Below are positions 48,882 to 58,086 of a DNA stretch of 64,000 bases, piece by piece. This stretch comes from a virus, in the IMG/VR virus record IMGVR_UViG_3300005617_000117, positions 38,815 through 102,814 of that record, one strand, 5' to 3'. The position numbers and the translations under genes are program-made. Under the pieces are notes generated by a model that ran no database searches, was not told the DNA's origin, and was given only the letters and a program-made list of their open reading frames with translations. The first letter of the stretch is position 1; every line of letters starts with the position of its first letter.

Positions 48882-49328
48882 ATGGCAAAAGAATACGTTG
48901 CCGTAATAGGCTCTGGTACAATTCCAAATATTGGCCCGTTCGTTCCGGCCATGTCTGGTGCATTTCCTGACGGACGTTATCCTCAAGCTTTTCATCAAGG
49001 GAAAGCGTTTGGCCGTACAGGAACAGGTGCGATTATTCTCAACCCCGAAGATTTTTCAGTCTTCTTGGGTGTTAAATCGCAATCTATTCTAGTTGGTGGC
49101 ACAGCCGTTCCTTTACCCACTTCTCCGCTAGAGAATCGTCGGGCACTTGCTCTGCACAATAATGGCCCAGGAATAATGTATATTGGTGATATCAACGTTA
49201 CTACTCTGACAGGATACCCACTCGCAGTAAATGAGAAGATAGGATTAGATATCACCGGTAACGACAATGTTATTATATATAGCGTATCGGATAGTAGTTC
49301 TGATGCACGAATATTAGAATTGGCATAA
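48882..49328 (+). CDS. Putative small virion protein (paralog of 48365)
   Basis: Same blocks as 48365; AAGGAGG RBS. Confidence 0.55.
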   Translation: MAKEYVAVIGSGTIPNIGPFVPAMSGAFPDGRYPQAFHQGKAFGRTGTGAIILNPEDFSVFLGVKSQSILVGGTAVPLPTSPLENRRALALHNNGPGIMYIGDINVTTLTGYPLAVNEKIGLDITGNDNVIIYSVSDSSSDARILELA

Positions 49329-49331
49329 CTC

Positions 49332-50375
49332 ATGAGTATTGGTTTAGGTGGTCTAGTATCAGTAGGTGGTGGAACTGGCGGAAGCAGCGGAGGCTCCGGC
49401 AGCGGCATTACATCTATTAATGGCCAGCAAGGACCAGCAATTGTCGAGGTCGGTGTTAACGGAATTGTTGTTACTGCCGCAGGAAATCAAATAGTTTTTA
49501 ATGCGGCGGCCCTTTCTGGATTAATTGCTACAGCAACGGGCAGCGGAATCCGCGAAATTAACTCGCAAACGGGCCCCGCGATCCAAGTCAGCGGTATTAA
49601 CGGTATTGGCGTATCGCAGCCTCGCAGCAATTTCATTCTTATTGATTATGTTCCCCTTTCAGGGATCTTTGATATCAATGGAGAAGATGGCCCTCATATC
49701 GTCGTGGATGGCGTCAACGGTGCCTCTATAATCACCGGGACGGATCGATTGACTGTAGATGTGTCCGCTCTATCGGGTTTAATACAGACATTTACTGGCA
49801 GTGGCATCACAAGAATTAATGACCAACAGGGTCCAGAAATTCAAATCAGTGGTATTAATGGAATAGAAGTTACTCAGCCGCGAAGCAATTTCATATTGCT
49901 AGATGGGGCGGCCATTTCTGGAACAACTGGCGGCGGCGGCATGAACGCCTGTTACACCACATCATTTACTGGTGTGCTAGAACAGACATTCACTCACGCA
50001 CTTGGAACAAAAGCTATTGTTGTACAGATTCAAGATGAGAACGATGAATTTATAGAGGCCGACTTAATAACCTCTACCGATATCAATAATGTCACTATTA
50101 GGTTTAATCAACCACAATCCGGTAGATTGACTGTAGTTTCCTGTGGCGGGACTATAGCTACCAGTGGTGTAACTAAGTTTGCCGCATCGTTCTTAAATGT
50201 TACAAGCGGTCAATTTACGCACGGTTTCAGTACCAGGGACGTTCTAATTCAGGTCTATGACACTAATGGACCGCCAAGACAGCTTATGCCAGACGACATA
50301 ATACTAGATACCTTAGATACCATTAGTTTATTATTTAATGCGGCACAGTCGGGCAGAGTTGTGATTATGGGCTAA
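49332..50375 (+). CDS. Putative fibre/decoration protein with internal repeats
   Basis: Four SGI..IN...GP.I...G.NG repeats; two C-terminal TH......(V/I)Q..D...D......I.FN..QSGR domains; 15 SG dipeptides. Confidence 0.6.
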   Translation: MSIGLGGLVSVGGGTGGSSGGSGSGITSINGQQGPAIVEVGVNGIVVTAAGNQIVFNAAALSGLIATATGSGIREINSQTGPAIQVSGINGIGVSQPRSNFILIDYVPLSGIFDINGEDGPHIVVDGVNGASIITGTDRLTVDVSALSGLIQTFTGSGITRINDQQGPEIQISGINGIEVTQPRSNFILLDGAAISGTTGGGGMNACYTTSFTGVLEQTFTHALGTKAIVVQIQDENDEFIEADLITSTDINNVTIRFNQPQSGRLTVVSCGGTIATSGVTKFAASFLNVTSGQFTHGFSTRDVLIQVYDTNGPPRQLMPDDIILDTLDTISLLFNAAQSGRVVIMG

Positions 50376-50391
50376 TTTATGGGGACGATAC

Positions 50392-51159
50392 ATGACTAAA
50401 ATTAATGGCGATCTTATACCGTCAGCATCCGGTATAGCCAATCTTGGCGTTAATGGTAATGCAGTAGGGGCATACGACATAGCCTCGATTGCTCCGTTCG
50501 CCCACATTCACATGAACTCTGGAGTGTTTCATGATACTCTGGCGGGCGAAAGCGGCGTACTTCGTTATAGCCGTGCGGCCAGTGCGTTTCAGGTATCAGT
50601 CGATGGTGGTAAGACATTCAATAACATTTCTGCCGGAGCAGTAACGTCGATTGGTGTAATTGGCGGTGTAGACTTAACTGGTGCAGTCGATCTTGCGACC
50701 GTTGCCAGCGGCTTCATGACAATTCAGGATACTGGCGGGGCGAGCCCACTAGTTTTCTCCGTAGATACCCTTGGATTATCAGGACTGTTTAGATTCCCCA
50801 CTCAGGGCTTCAATGGTCGTGTTGTAAACGCCCTTACTGATACTAATGGCACGGAAGCACAAGGAGTTATTCAGGTCGCCGGTGTATCTGGTATTATCGC
50901 CGATCTTGTTGGGCAAGTTTTAAGTATTGGCCTTGGTAATAACGTTCCAAAATCGTTTGCTCAAACATTCGTATCTTCAAGTCCTTGGACGGTAACGCAC
51001 AATCTTAATAGTTTGAATGTCATCGTACAGACATTCGATGCTACGTCAGCTAGACTAGCTATTGAGCCAGACGATATTGAAATAACTGATGCTAATACAG
51101 TAACAATTAGATGGAATCAGGCACAGGCTGGACTCGTGGTGGTATTTGCAGCATTCTAA
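50392..51159 (+). CDS. Putative fibre/decoration protein
   Basis: C-terminal WTVTHNLNS..VIVQTFD domain related to those of 49332; 6 SG dipeptides. Confidence 0.6.
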   Translation: MTKINGDLIPSASGIANLGVNGNAVGAYDIASIAPFAHIHMNSGVFHDTLAGESGVLRYSRAASAFQVSVDGGKTFNNISAGAVTSIGVIGGVDLTGAVDLATVASGFMTIQDTGGASPLVFSVDTLGLSGLFRFPTQGFNGRVVNALTDTNGTEAQGVIQVAGVSGIIADLVGQVLSIGLGNNVPKSFAQTFVSSSPWTVTHNLNSLNVIVQTFDATSARLAIEPDDIEITDANTVTIRWNQAQAGLVVVFAAF

Positions 51160-51169
51160 TAGGTGATAG

Positions 51170-52333
51170 ATGAATAGATTAAATGGATATCTTGACAGCT
51201 TTGCTAGTCAAGCTGGTTACAGACAACACGGTGGAATTTGGAGCGGTATTTCCGTTGGAGATACTTTTATCCAATCAAGTGGTACTATTGGCGTTAGCGG
51301 TTATCGCAATGTCGAAATTCAGGTATTGGGCGGCAGCGGCGTATTAAAGTATGTTGGTGGGGCATATGAAGGTTGGCAAGTCAAGATGGCCAATCTTTCT
51401 CCAAATGCTGGATCTGGACAAAACGGATTTTTCCCTGTTGCTGTTTCTGGTATTTATAGCTTACAAGACGCTTATTATGCCAATCCTGATATAATGCTAG
51501 GGTCAAAAGCAACTTTCCGTGGCAACGATCAAATGACTATTACGGCCAATGATCGTAAGCTGATCTTTATCCAAGGACAAAGATCCCCAATAAATATCTC
51601 TGGTGCGTTAAAGGTTCCGATTGTTGGTGGCGTGAACTTGAATCTTACTGGCGATATTGCCATGTGCCATCACGCACAAGTAATGCAACCTAACTCATTT
51701 AGCTCGCCAGCAGATGATGCCGAAGCAGATGCAAGAGCACTTGGCCCAGGAACATTAACTGTCAATACTGGATCTGGTATTATTAATCTTTCAACCGGAT
51801 CTGGCATTGCCATGATTACTATGAAAGCCGACACACAATTACCATATCTATTAGATAACTGGGCCAGAATCGGCATGTCTGGTATGGCATCACAAGACGC
51901 CATGTTCGTGCCCAATATTATTGGCTCTGGTATTACATTCATGAATACTGGTATGTACTTGGTGAACTACAGTATTTCATTGCAGAAAGTGTTAAGCACT
52001 ACATCAAGAACTATTGCTATTAGGGCGGTCTTAAGAGATAAAGGTGGAGAAGGTGAGCAAAATAATGCCGGTGGAGCGTTAAATGGTTCGACTAAACTGG
52101 CTATTCCCGGCAGCATTGCATATGGAACCGTTACGAACGTTACGACGTTACCATTCTTTACTGTTAATAGTACATTCTTAGTTAATGCTACTGCTGGACA
52201 ATTCTTGGGGTTTGAGGCGGCTCAGGCCGGTACGGGTGCCGTCGCTGGTCAAACCGTTCTTGCCACTGCATCAGGCAGCAGGGCTATAGTTCAATACATT
52301 GGTCCAAGACGCACGTTTCCCGTTCTCGACTAA
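51170..52333 (+). CDS. Putative fibre protein with BclA/C1q-like C-terminal beta domain
   Basis: GITF.NTG.YLVNYSI...IPGS...LVN..AG pattern; 12 SG dipeptides. Confidence 0.55.
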   Translation: MNRLNGYLDSFASQAGYRQHGGIWSGISVGDTFIQSSGTIGVSGYRNVEIQVLGGSGVLKYVGGAYEGWQVKMANLSPNAGSGQNGFFPVAVSGIYSLQDAYYANPDIMLGSKATFRGNDQMTITANDRKLIFIQGQRSPINISGALKVPIVGGVNLNLTGDIAMCHHAQVMQPNSFSSPADDAEADARALGPGTLTVNTGSGIINLSTGSGIAMITMKADTQLPYLLDNWARIGMSGMASQDAMFVPNIIGSGITFMNTGMYLVNYSISLQKVLSTTSRTIAIRAVLRDKGGEGEQNNAGGALNGSTKLAIPGSIAYGTVTNVTTLPFFTVNSTFLVNATAGQFLGFEAAQAGTGAVAGQTVLATASGSRAIVQYIGPRRTFPVLD

Positions 52334-52344
52334 GGACGAACAAC

Positions 52345-52680
52345 ATGGTTTTACTTCTAGCTCTACTAACTGAATTTACATTTGGCGAATATGGAATTAT
52401 TGGATTAGCGTTTGCAGCAATGATTGCAATGCTCGGAAAGCAAATGCAATTTAGTAATAAAATGGCTGTCGAACACGCTAAGCGACGCGAAGAAGACCTT
52501 GACAAAATAAGTGCTGCTCTAATAATTATTCAGGAGCAGGGCAAGGCACAAACCGAAATGTGTAAAGAGGTTGTGTACTCAGCCAAAGAGGTTTCTGAAA
52601 ATCAGAAATTACTTGCCAAGGACATGAGCCTTGTGAGAGACTTAGTTATCCAGAAGTTACCGGATACTAAACAATCTTAG
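52345..52680 (+). CDS. Holin-like membrane protein
   Basis: N-terminal hydrophobic helix (EYGIIGLAFAAMIAML) followed by a coiled coil; last gene of the structural module. Confidence 0.45.
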   Translation: MVLLLALLTEFTFGEYGIIGLAFAAMIAMLGKQMQFSNKMAVEHAKRREEDLDKISAALIIIQEQGKAQTEMCKEVVYSAKEVSENQKLLAKDMSLVRDLVIQKLPDTKQS

Positions 52681-52915
52681 GTCTGGCCGTTTTCGGATCG
52701 TCTAGTTTACCCTGACGAAGCAAATCGCCCGCACGGGAAGCCTCTGGCGTCATAACTGCCGCACCATTTTTCTTGGTATTCTTGGGCGTTAGCGTATCCA
52801 TAATGTCGTCGCGTAGTTGACGAACAACTTCGTTCGGCACCTTAAAAGGTTCAAGTCGGGCACGGAGTAGATTCATAACGTCTGCATGTGGGTCATTTAC
52901 CATTGCTGTCTCCAA
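52667..52915 (-). CDS. Hypothetical protein
   Basis: 82 aa, terminal gene of the convergent - strand block. Confidence 0.5.
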   Translation of the reverse strand: METAMVNDPHADVMNLLRARLEPFKVPNEVVRQLRDDIMDTLTPKNTKKNGAAVMTPEASRAGDLLRQGKLDDPKTARPKIV

Positions 52916-53357
52916 AAAATGAATCGCGGAGTCGCTGAACTCTGCTAGAGTGTTTTATTGCAAAGTCTTCGACCACCTTTGTTGCGAGATCATTTTTCTT
53001 TTTCGGGTCTATCATTGCTTCGCTTGCATTCGCAAGCACTTTATCTAATTTAATTTTGTCCAGCTTTCTAAATAATACTATGCCATAAAGGCTTGATAAC
53101 ATTTGGCCCGCCATTCGCTTTGCTTCTTTTGTCCACTGGTCGAGCGGGGCTGCCACACCATTCATATCGTCAATAAGTCGCGTATCATTAAAGAATGTCA
53201 CATTGTCTTTGGTCGTTGCCAGTTCTGGCAATAGCATCAAAAACGCCCAATAAGTCTGGTGGATTTGATCTTCCTGGGCAACAACAAGGCTGGAATAAAT
53301 CTCTAGTTCTTTTCCGACAATATAGTAAGCTCTATCTGAAAAATAACAGTTAATCAT
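52893..53357 (-). CDS. Hypothetical protein, possible degenerate RNase H-like fold
   Basis: NVTFFNDTRLIDDMNG resembles the RNase HI-like V...GDS.LV..Q.NG. Confidence 0.4.
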   Translation of the reverse strand: MINCYFSDRAYYIVGKELEIYSSLVVAQEDQIHQTYWAFLMLLPELATTKDNVTFFNDTRLIDDMNGVAAPLDQWTKEAKRMAGQMLSSLYGIVLFRKLDKIKLDKVLANASEAMIDPKKKNDLATKVVEDFAIKHSSRVQRLRDSFFGDSNGK

Positions 53358-53874
53358 TTGATGGTGGCTGTGTATTTAATTCTTCTGCTTTAGTTCTAGC
53401 AGATTTATAAGGAAGTGGAGTGTCGCAATCTTTGCAATGCTGTTCTACTTCACTGGTTTTAGAGTTAATTCTAGGACGAGACTTGTTCATATGCAAACAG
53501 TCTTTACCCTCTTTATCCTTAGCTTTTGGAAGACCATTATCAAAGGCACCGGGGGTGCCACCTTCTGTCGATTCTGGATAGGTTCTGCTAGGAATTTTGC
53601 GGATAGAGCCGTCAGGAAGTTCCAACTCATCGGGGGCAACCTTGGTTTCATTTTGAATTTCAGGAGTGCCACGTTTTGAAACCGGAGCTACACCCTTTAG
53701 CTGAGCCAGCCCATCACTGGATATGAAGACCTTTTCTAGTAGTTCTTTACATGCATTGCATATGTCGTAACTACGACCAGCCTTCTTAGACTTATTAGGC
53801 TTGATGGTTAAACTATTATCTAGTTCAGATTCCTTTTTACATAGATCGCATTCTTCAACATATCTCTTAGCCAT
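53350..53874 (-). CDS. Zinc-binding hypothetical protein
   Basis: CDLC...CNAC and CLH...CKDC; probable ATG at 53874. Confidence 0.55.
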   Translation of the reverse strand: MAKRYVEECDLCKKESELDNSLTIKPNKSKKAGRSYDICNACKELLEKVFISSDGLAQLKGVAPVSKRGTPEIQNETKVAPDELELPDGSIRKIPSRTYPESTEGGTPGAFDNGLPKAKDKEGKDCLHMNKSRPRINSKTSEVEQHCKDCDTPLPYKSARTKAEELNTQPPSND

Positions 53875-54091
53875 TGTCTTCGCCCTCTGTACTAAAGTCT
53901 TCGTCAGCACTTTGCTGAGAATTCCTCATTGCTTCCATTTCTACTTCGTAACTAAAAATAGCTATGGCTAGATTACTGGCAGCAATGTGACTGGCACCAG
54001 AGTCATTACGAACATCAGCAATGCTATTTTCGGTAACTATCTCAAGACCTTCTTTAAAAGCCTTTTCCATTATCTCTTTTGCCGTACGCAT
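53867..54091 (-). CDS. Hypothetical protein
   Basis: 74 aa, TAATG-coupled to def. Confidence 0.5.
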   Translation of the reverse strand: MRTAKEIMEKAFKEGLEIVTENSIADVRNDSGASHIAASNLAIAIFSYEVEMEAMRNSQQSADEDFSTEGEDNG

Positions 54092-54693
54092 TACTTTCTC
54101 CGATTCATTCGCTTGTGAATCTTGGCCATCCGACGACGCTTCTGCTTGTCGCGTTCCCGTGCCTCTAGACGTTCATCACGCATACGTTCATTCTTATCGA
54201 TTTGAGCCTGGATATGATAGTTAATCATACGGCCAGCCAAATGATCCATTTCGTGGGCAACGATCTTAGCTTCCATCCCACGGAATTCAGTTGAATGGAA
54301 GCCGCCGAAGGCATCGTAATATTCTAGTACGATTGTCTTGGGACGAGAGATAAATCCCACCATCTTGGGTAGGGATAGGCAGCCTTCTGCCTTCCGCGTC
54401 ATTTCACGCGAGAATGATACAATGCGGGGATTAACACACTCAATGATTGAGCCGTCACTACGCTTCATTAAAAAGAGAGTGCGGGCAATTCCGATTTGGA
54501 CTGCGGCTAAACCAACGGCATCCTCTCCCAACTTAACAAGTTCCTCTTTCATCTTCGTTACGATTAGGGCATCGTCTGGAGCCAAAGGAATACTACATGG
54601 CAGTGACTTCTGCTCTAGCACCGGGAATCTAAGATCGAAGCTTGTGATAATTAGCGGCATCGCCGGAGGAGCTTCCTGAGCCTGTTCTGTCAT
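54091..54693 (-). CDS. def: Peptide deformylase
   Basis: All three motifs are present: GLAAVQIG, EGCLS, HEMDHL.G. Confidence 0.95.
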   Translation of the reverse strand: MTEQAQEAPPAMPLIITSFDLRFPVLEQKSLPCSIPLAPDDALIVTKMKEELVKLGEDAVGLAAVQIGIARTLFLMKRSDGSIIECVNPRIVSFSREMTRKAEGCLSLPKMVGFISRPKTIVLEYYDAFGGFHSTEFRGMEAKIVAHEMDHLAGRMINYHIQAQIDKNERMRDERLEARERDKQKRRRMAKIHKRMNRRK

Positions 54694-55439
54694 GATATGA
54701 TCTCCGTTCCATTTTCTGTTATTAACAAAGTGTTTTCGAAGTGAGCACTAATAAAATCGTATTTGCTTCGCCAAGTCCATCCGTCTTCCATTAAAACGTG
54801 ACCGACGTTCGGTTGGCTAATAAATATTGGTTCAACGCAAACCGTCGATCCGACCGGAAGCAACGCAGTCTTGAGCGTATTAATTGTGCGATCATCCAGG
54901 CCCTTTAATGAATGAAATATGTTCGGGTCCATATGGATTTGCTGGCCGATACCGTGACCGCAGAAATCATTTAATAAATGAATATTATGAGGGGCAACTA
55001 ATCTGTCGCCCAATTCTGCCAGTTGATAAAGAGAAAATTGTGGATGAACGTGCTTTATCATTTCGTTAAAAATTGATTCGCACTCTCTCACAAACTTTAT
55101 TGTTTCTGGCTTTGCTTTACCGATAATATCAGTATAGGCCGCGTCCACATTCCAACCATTATACTTTGTACCAATATCTATTGTTAGAATGTCTCCATCC
55201 TGCATCACACGATCATCTGGTACGCCATGCACTATCTCTTCTGTTAAACAAATACAAGCCTCTCCTGGGAAATTAAGATAGCCAAGAAAGGCCGGTTCAC
55301 AGTCGTAGCTCCTAATGAACTCGCCTAGGCGATGTCCTAGCTCTCGCTTGGTCATTCCCGGCTCTGCGACCTCGAAGCCGTATTCGATGGCCATTCTATT
55401 AACTTGGCCAGCGTGCCGCATATAGCTTAGCTTATTCAA
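54690..55439 (-). CDS. map: Type I methionine aminopeptidase
   Basis: FLGY..FP, VHGVP, IDIG, VDAA, GHGIG..IH..P, VEP, SAHFENT. Probable TTG start at 55439. Confidence 0.93.
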   Translation of the reverse strand: MNKLSYMRHAGQVNRMAIEYGFEVAEPGMTKRELGHRLGEFIRSYDCEPAFLGYLNFPGEACICLTEEIVHGVPDDRVMQDGDILTIDIGTKYNGWNVDAAYTDIIGKAKPETIKFVRECESIFNEMIKHVHPQFSLYQLAELGDRLVAPHNIHLLNDFCGHGIGQQIHMDPNIFHSLKGLDDRTINTLKTALLPVGSTVCVEPIFISQPNVGHVLMEDGWTWRSKYDFISAHFENTLLITENGTEIIS

Positions 55440-56025
55440 GTTCTTTAACCATCTTTTGTATTGTGTTCCAAGTGGGTAAAGCTTCTCTATACGCTCTAAA
55501 TCTATTGCGTATGTGATATGACGGATGATAAGCAGTAACAACTTTATATTGTTTATTGTGGATCGTAACTTCGACTACTGATCCAAGATGCAATTTGAGT
55601 GGCTTCTTTAGCTCTTGCTGAAAGATAGTTGACCATGCAGATCGCCCAAGCAATACGATAAACTTGGGGGCCACCATATCAATTTGATTAAAGAGACGTT
55701 CGCGGCAAGCGTCCATTTCTTCCATTAAAGGGGTTCTATTATTGGGTGGACGACATAAGACAGTATTTGCGATATAGGCGTTCTTTGTTCTATCTAGCCC
55801 GGCATAAGTCAGCATTTTTGTTAGCTGCTGACCAGCCTTTCCCACGAATGGAATGCCCTGGGCATCCTCGTCTTCGCCTGGGGCCTCCCCAATAATCATG
55901 GCGGTAGGATTAAGAACACCGTCGCCGAATACGGTTTGTTTACGATATTTGGCGAGATCGCAGGCCACACACGAGGCCATTTGACATTTAAACTGTTCTA
56001 TGCTTCCAGTAAAGGTTCCGGCCAT
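55432..56025 (-). CDS. Family 4 uracil-DNA glycosylase
   Basis: CVAC, IGEAPG..ED..G.PFVG.AG, CRPPNNR.P, LGR, YHPSY. Confidence 0.93.
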   Translation of the reverse strand: MAGTFTGSIEQFKCQMASCVACDLAKYRKQTVFGDGVLNPTAMIIGEAPGEDEDAQGIPFVGKAGQQLTKMLTYAGLDRTKNAYIANTVLCRPPNNRTPLMEEMDACRERLFNQIDMVAPKFIVLLGRSAWSTIFQQELKKPLKLHLGSVVEVTIHNKQYKVVTAYHPSYHIRNRFRAYREALPTWNTIQKMVKELE

Positions 56026-56905
56026 TATGGATTTCATCCGAAAATTGATTTGCTAATAAAACTATTCTTGCCTCGATCGTGAGGCATTCGTTCATTGTGC
56101 TTGCAAAGCAGGCGTTTTGTAGGGCCAATTCCTTTGGTTCCGGGATTTGAATCTTTAAGTCCTCGGCTGTGCTAATTAAAATATGATTGACCCACATCGT
56201 ACTTAAATGTCTGATTCCCAGGAGTTTAATAGAATCCTGTGGAACAAAGTTAGTTCCATCGATTTTAAGTCCAGAGGCGAAACCGATGTTCCTGAATAGA
56301 CAGGATGCGATTACAAGCGATCGGTCTATTCGGAGGTCCACGGATGGCTCCCGGCCTGTTTGAACCATTCCTAGGGCAGTTTTGAGAGCCAGGGATGTAT
56401 GCATTAAGAGGCCGCCACGGTGGGCGAGCAGTCCTTCGGCTTCATAGGCGTTTTCCGCCAGTAAGTCTAGGAGCCTAATATGCTGACATGCATTATTCAC
56501 GATGTCCCGGTAATGGGGATCATCTATGTCGGATATAATCTTTTCTATATCCTCTTTGAGCACTTTTAATACGTGGTCGTTTGGCCCAGGAACATAGTCC
56601 GTGAGATTTTCCACGGGTGTTGAGCAGGCAGCAACGTTCTTAACAATAAACGTCTTTTCGTTATTATATGACTCAACAGCAATAGTTAAATTAACAAAGT
56701 TGCCAGCCTTAAGCGTTGGTTCTGTCTCAGTAACTTGAAAGTCCCAAAGACACCCACGCATTGTGGCGGTAACATCTTTGATTTCTAATAGAACGAAATT
56801 ATGACCGTTCTTTTTTGAGACTTTATTTGAGACGCCTGACAGTAGGAATATTTGACTATATGTTGTGTTAGTTTGGAGAGCACGAACCGGGATATATTCT
56901 TGCAT
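55988..56905 (-). CDS. YhaM-like OB-fold + HD-domain protein, HD motif degenerate
   Basis: N-terminal OB fold (LEIKD.T...GCLWD), GGLLMH; LFRNIG at the LLHDIG position; EARIVLLAN. Confidence 0.7.
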   Translation of the reverse strand: MQEYIPVRALQTNTTYSQIFLLSGVSNKVSKKNGHNFVLLEIKDVTATMRGCLWDFQVTETEPTLKAGNFVNLTIAVESYNNEKTFIVKNVAACSTPVENLTDYVPGPNDHVLKVLKEDIEKIISDIDDPHYRDIVNNACQHIRLLDLLAENAYEAEGLLAHRGGLLMHTSLALKTALGMVQTGREPSVDLRIDRSLVIASCLFRNIGFASGLKIDGTNFVPQDSIKLLGIRHLSTMWVNHILISTAEDLKIQIPEPKELALQNACFASTMNECLTIEARIVLLANQFSDEIHNGRNLYWKHRTV

Positions 56906-56907
56906 AC

Positions 56908-57096
56908 TTAATTTCCAGTGAATGGCACCTTCGGACCAGCCTGCGTCCTAATCTGACGGACCTTACATTGATTACATCTTGCTACGGTCAGAACAACAAT
57001 ATCGATTTCGTCATTAGGATTTAAAGTGACTGCGTTTTCATCAATAATTATCTTGGCTTGGCAAGTGCGACATTCTCTAACTGTGACGGTTTTCAT
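56908..57096 (-). CDS. Small zinc-ribbon protein
   Basis: CRTC...CNQC. Confidence 0.55.
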   Translation of the reverse strand: MKTVTVRECRTCQAKIIIDENAVTLNPNDEIDIVVLTVARCNQCKVRQIRTQAGPKVPFTGN

Positions 57097-57661
57097 TTTT
57101 CTTTCTTCTCATTGTTCGACGCATCTTCTCAATCGTTTTATCTAGATGCTGGCTTATTGTTGCAGATGACACCTGGGTTAGTTCGGCAATATCCTTGACT
57201 TTAGCATCATTGAAGAATCTCTCATTTACTAGAGTCTTCTCATGCTCCGTGAGATCAGACATAAGATTGTCTAAGAAGTCGCGGCACTCTACTGATCCAA
57301 CGCCAGACATGCTTGGAATTTCGCCCACGACTTGTGGCGACTGATTACCGTCACCAAGTTCTAGATAAGACTCAATAGTGGGAGACGATGTATCGTTGCG
57401 GACCTTGCCTCGCAGCTTAGTCTGGCCCTTGATATACTTGAGTAGTTCGTGATACACGTAAGTATAGGCGTACGTAATAAACTTGACGCCCTTGTTCGGG
57501 TCAAAACCTTTATTGGCTTTTAGCAAAGCCAACCAAGCTTCCTGCTTTAGATCGTTTAAACCGCACGTAGCCCTATGAAGTTTTGCAATATTCGCAAAAG
57601 TAGAGGCCATCTTGTTTATGAGGGGTTCCCATTTGGTGGTGTCGAATTGTTCTGTGTACAT
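57077..57661 (-). CDS. RNA polymerase sigma-70 family factor
   Basis: DLKQEAWLALLKA...FDPNKGVKFITYA (region 2); LTEHEK.LV..RF...VKDIAEL..VS..TI (region 4). Confidence 0.88.
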   Translation of the reverse strand: MYTEQFDTTKWEPLINKMASTFANIAKLHRATCGLNDLKQEAWLALLKANKGFDPNKGVKFITYAYTYVYHELLKYIKGQTKLRGKVRNDTSSPTIESYLELGDGNQSPQVVGEIPSMSGVGSVECRDFLDNLMSDLTEHEKTLVNERFFNDAKVKDIAELTQVSSATISQHLDKTIEKMRRTMRRKKNENRHS

Positions 57662-58035
57662 GAATGATCTTCCAGAATTTGAGTTAGTAAAAGGGTGATA
57701 TGTACTTCTCGTTGAGTGGTTGTGAAATTCTTGAATTCTAAGATGATATTACCATTCCCTATAGTCGGCTTGCTTTCGCCTTCTTGAGTAGTTGGAACGT
57801 CGTACTCAAAGAATGATAATCCGCCCTTAGATTGTGCATTAACTTTCATGATCTCCGTATGACTATCGTAAATTCGCCACATAGCTTCTAAGAACTGCCC
57901 AAACAGTATTTTCCTTGTTAAAGGTTCGCCAAACTTCGGCGTGATTGTTAAACAAATCGGCGTGTTGTCCGATATGGTTGATTTGGCTTTGTCAAACTCC
58001 CCTTTGATTACATCCCATTGAATGTTCTTTAGCAT
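57616..58035 (-). CDS. Hypothetical protein
   Basis: GGAGG RBS before the ATG at 58035. Confidence 0.55.
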   Translation of the reverse strand: MLKNIQWDVIKGEFDKAKSTISDNTPICLTITPKFGEPLTRKILFGQFLEAMWRIYDSHTEIMKVNAQSKGGLSFFEYDVPTTQEGESKPTIGNGNIILEFKNFTTTQREVHITLLLTQILEDHSCTQNNSTPPNGNPS

Positions 58036-58071
58036 GGCAGTTCCTCCAGGGTGAGAAGGTAAAATACGCAT

Positions 58072-58086
58072 TCTTTATAGTACACT
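58072..58086 (-). promoter_or_regulatory. Candidate AGTGTA promoter motif
   Basis: The minus strand reads AGTGTACTATAAAGA in an intergenic gap. Confidence 0.35.
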
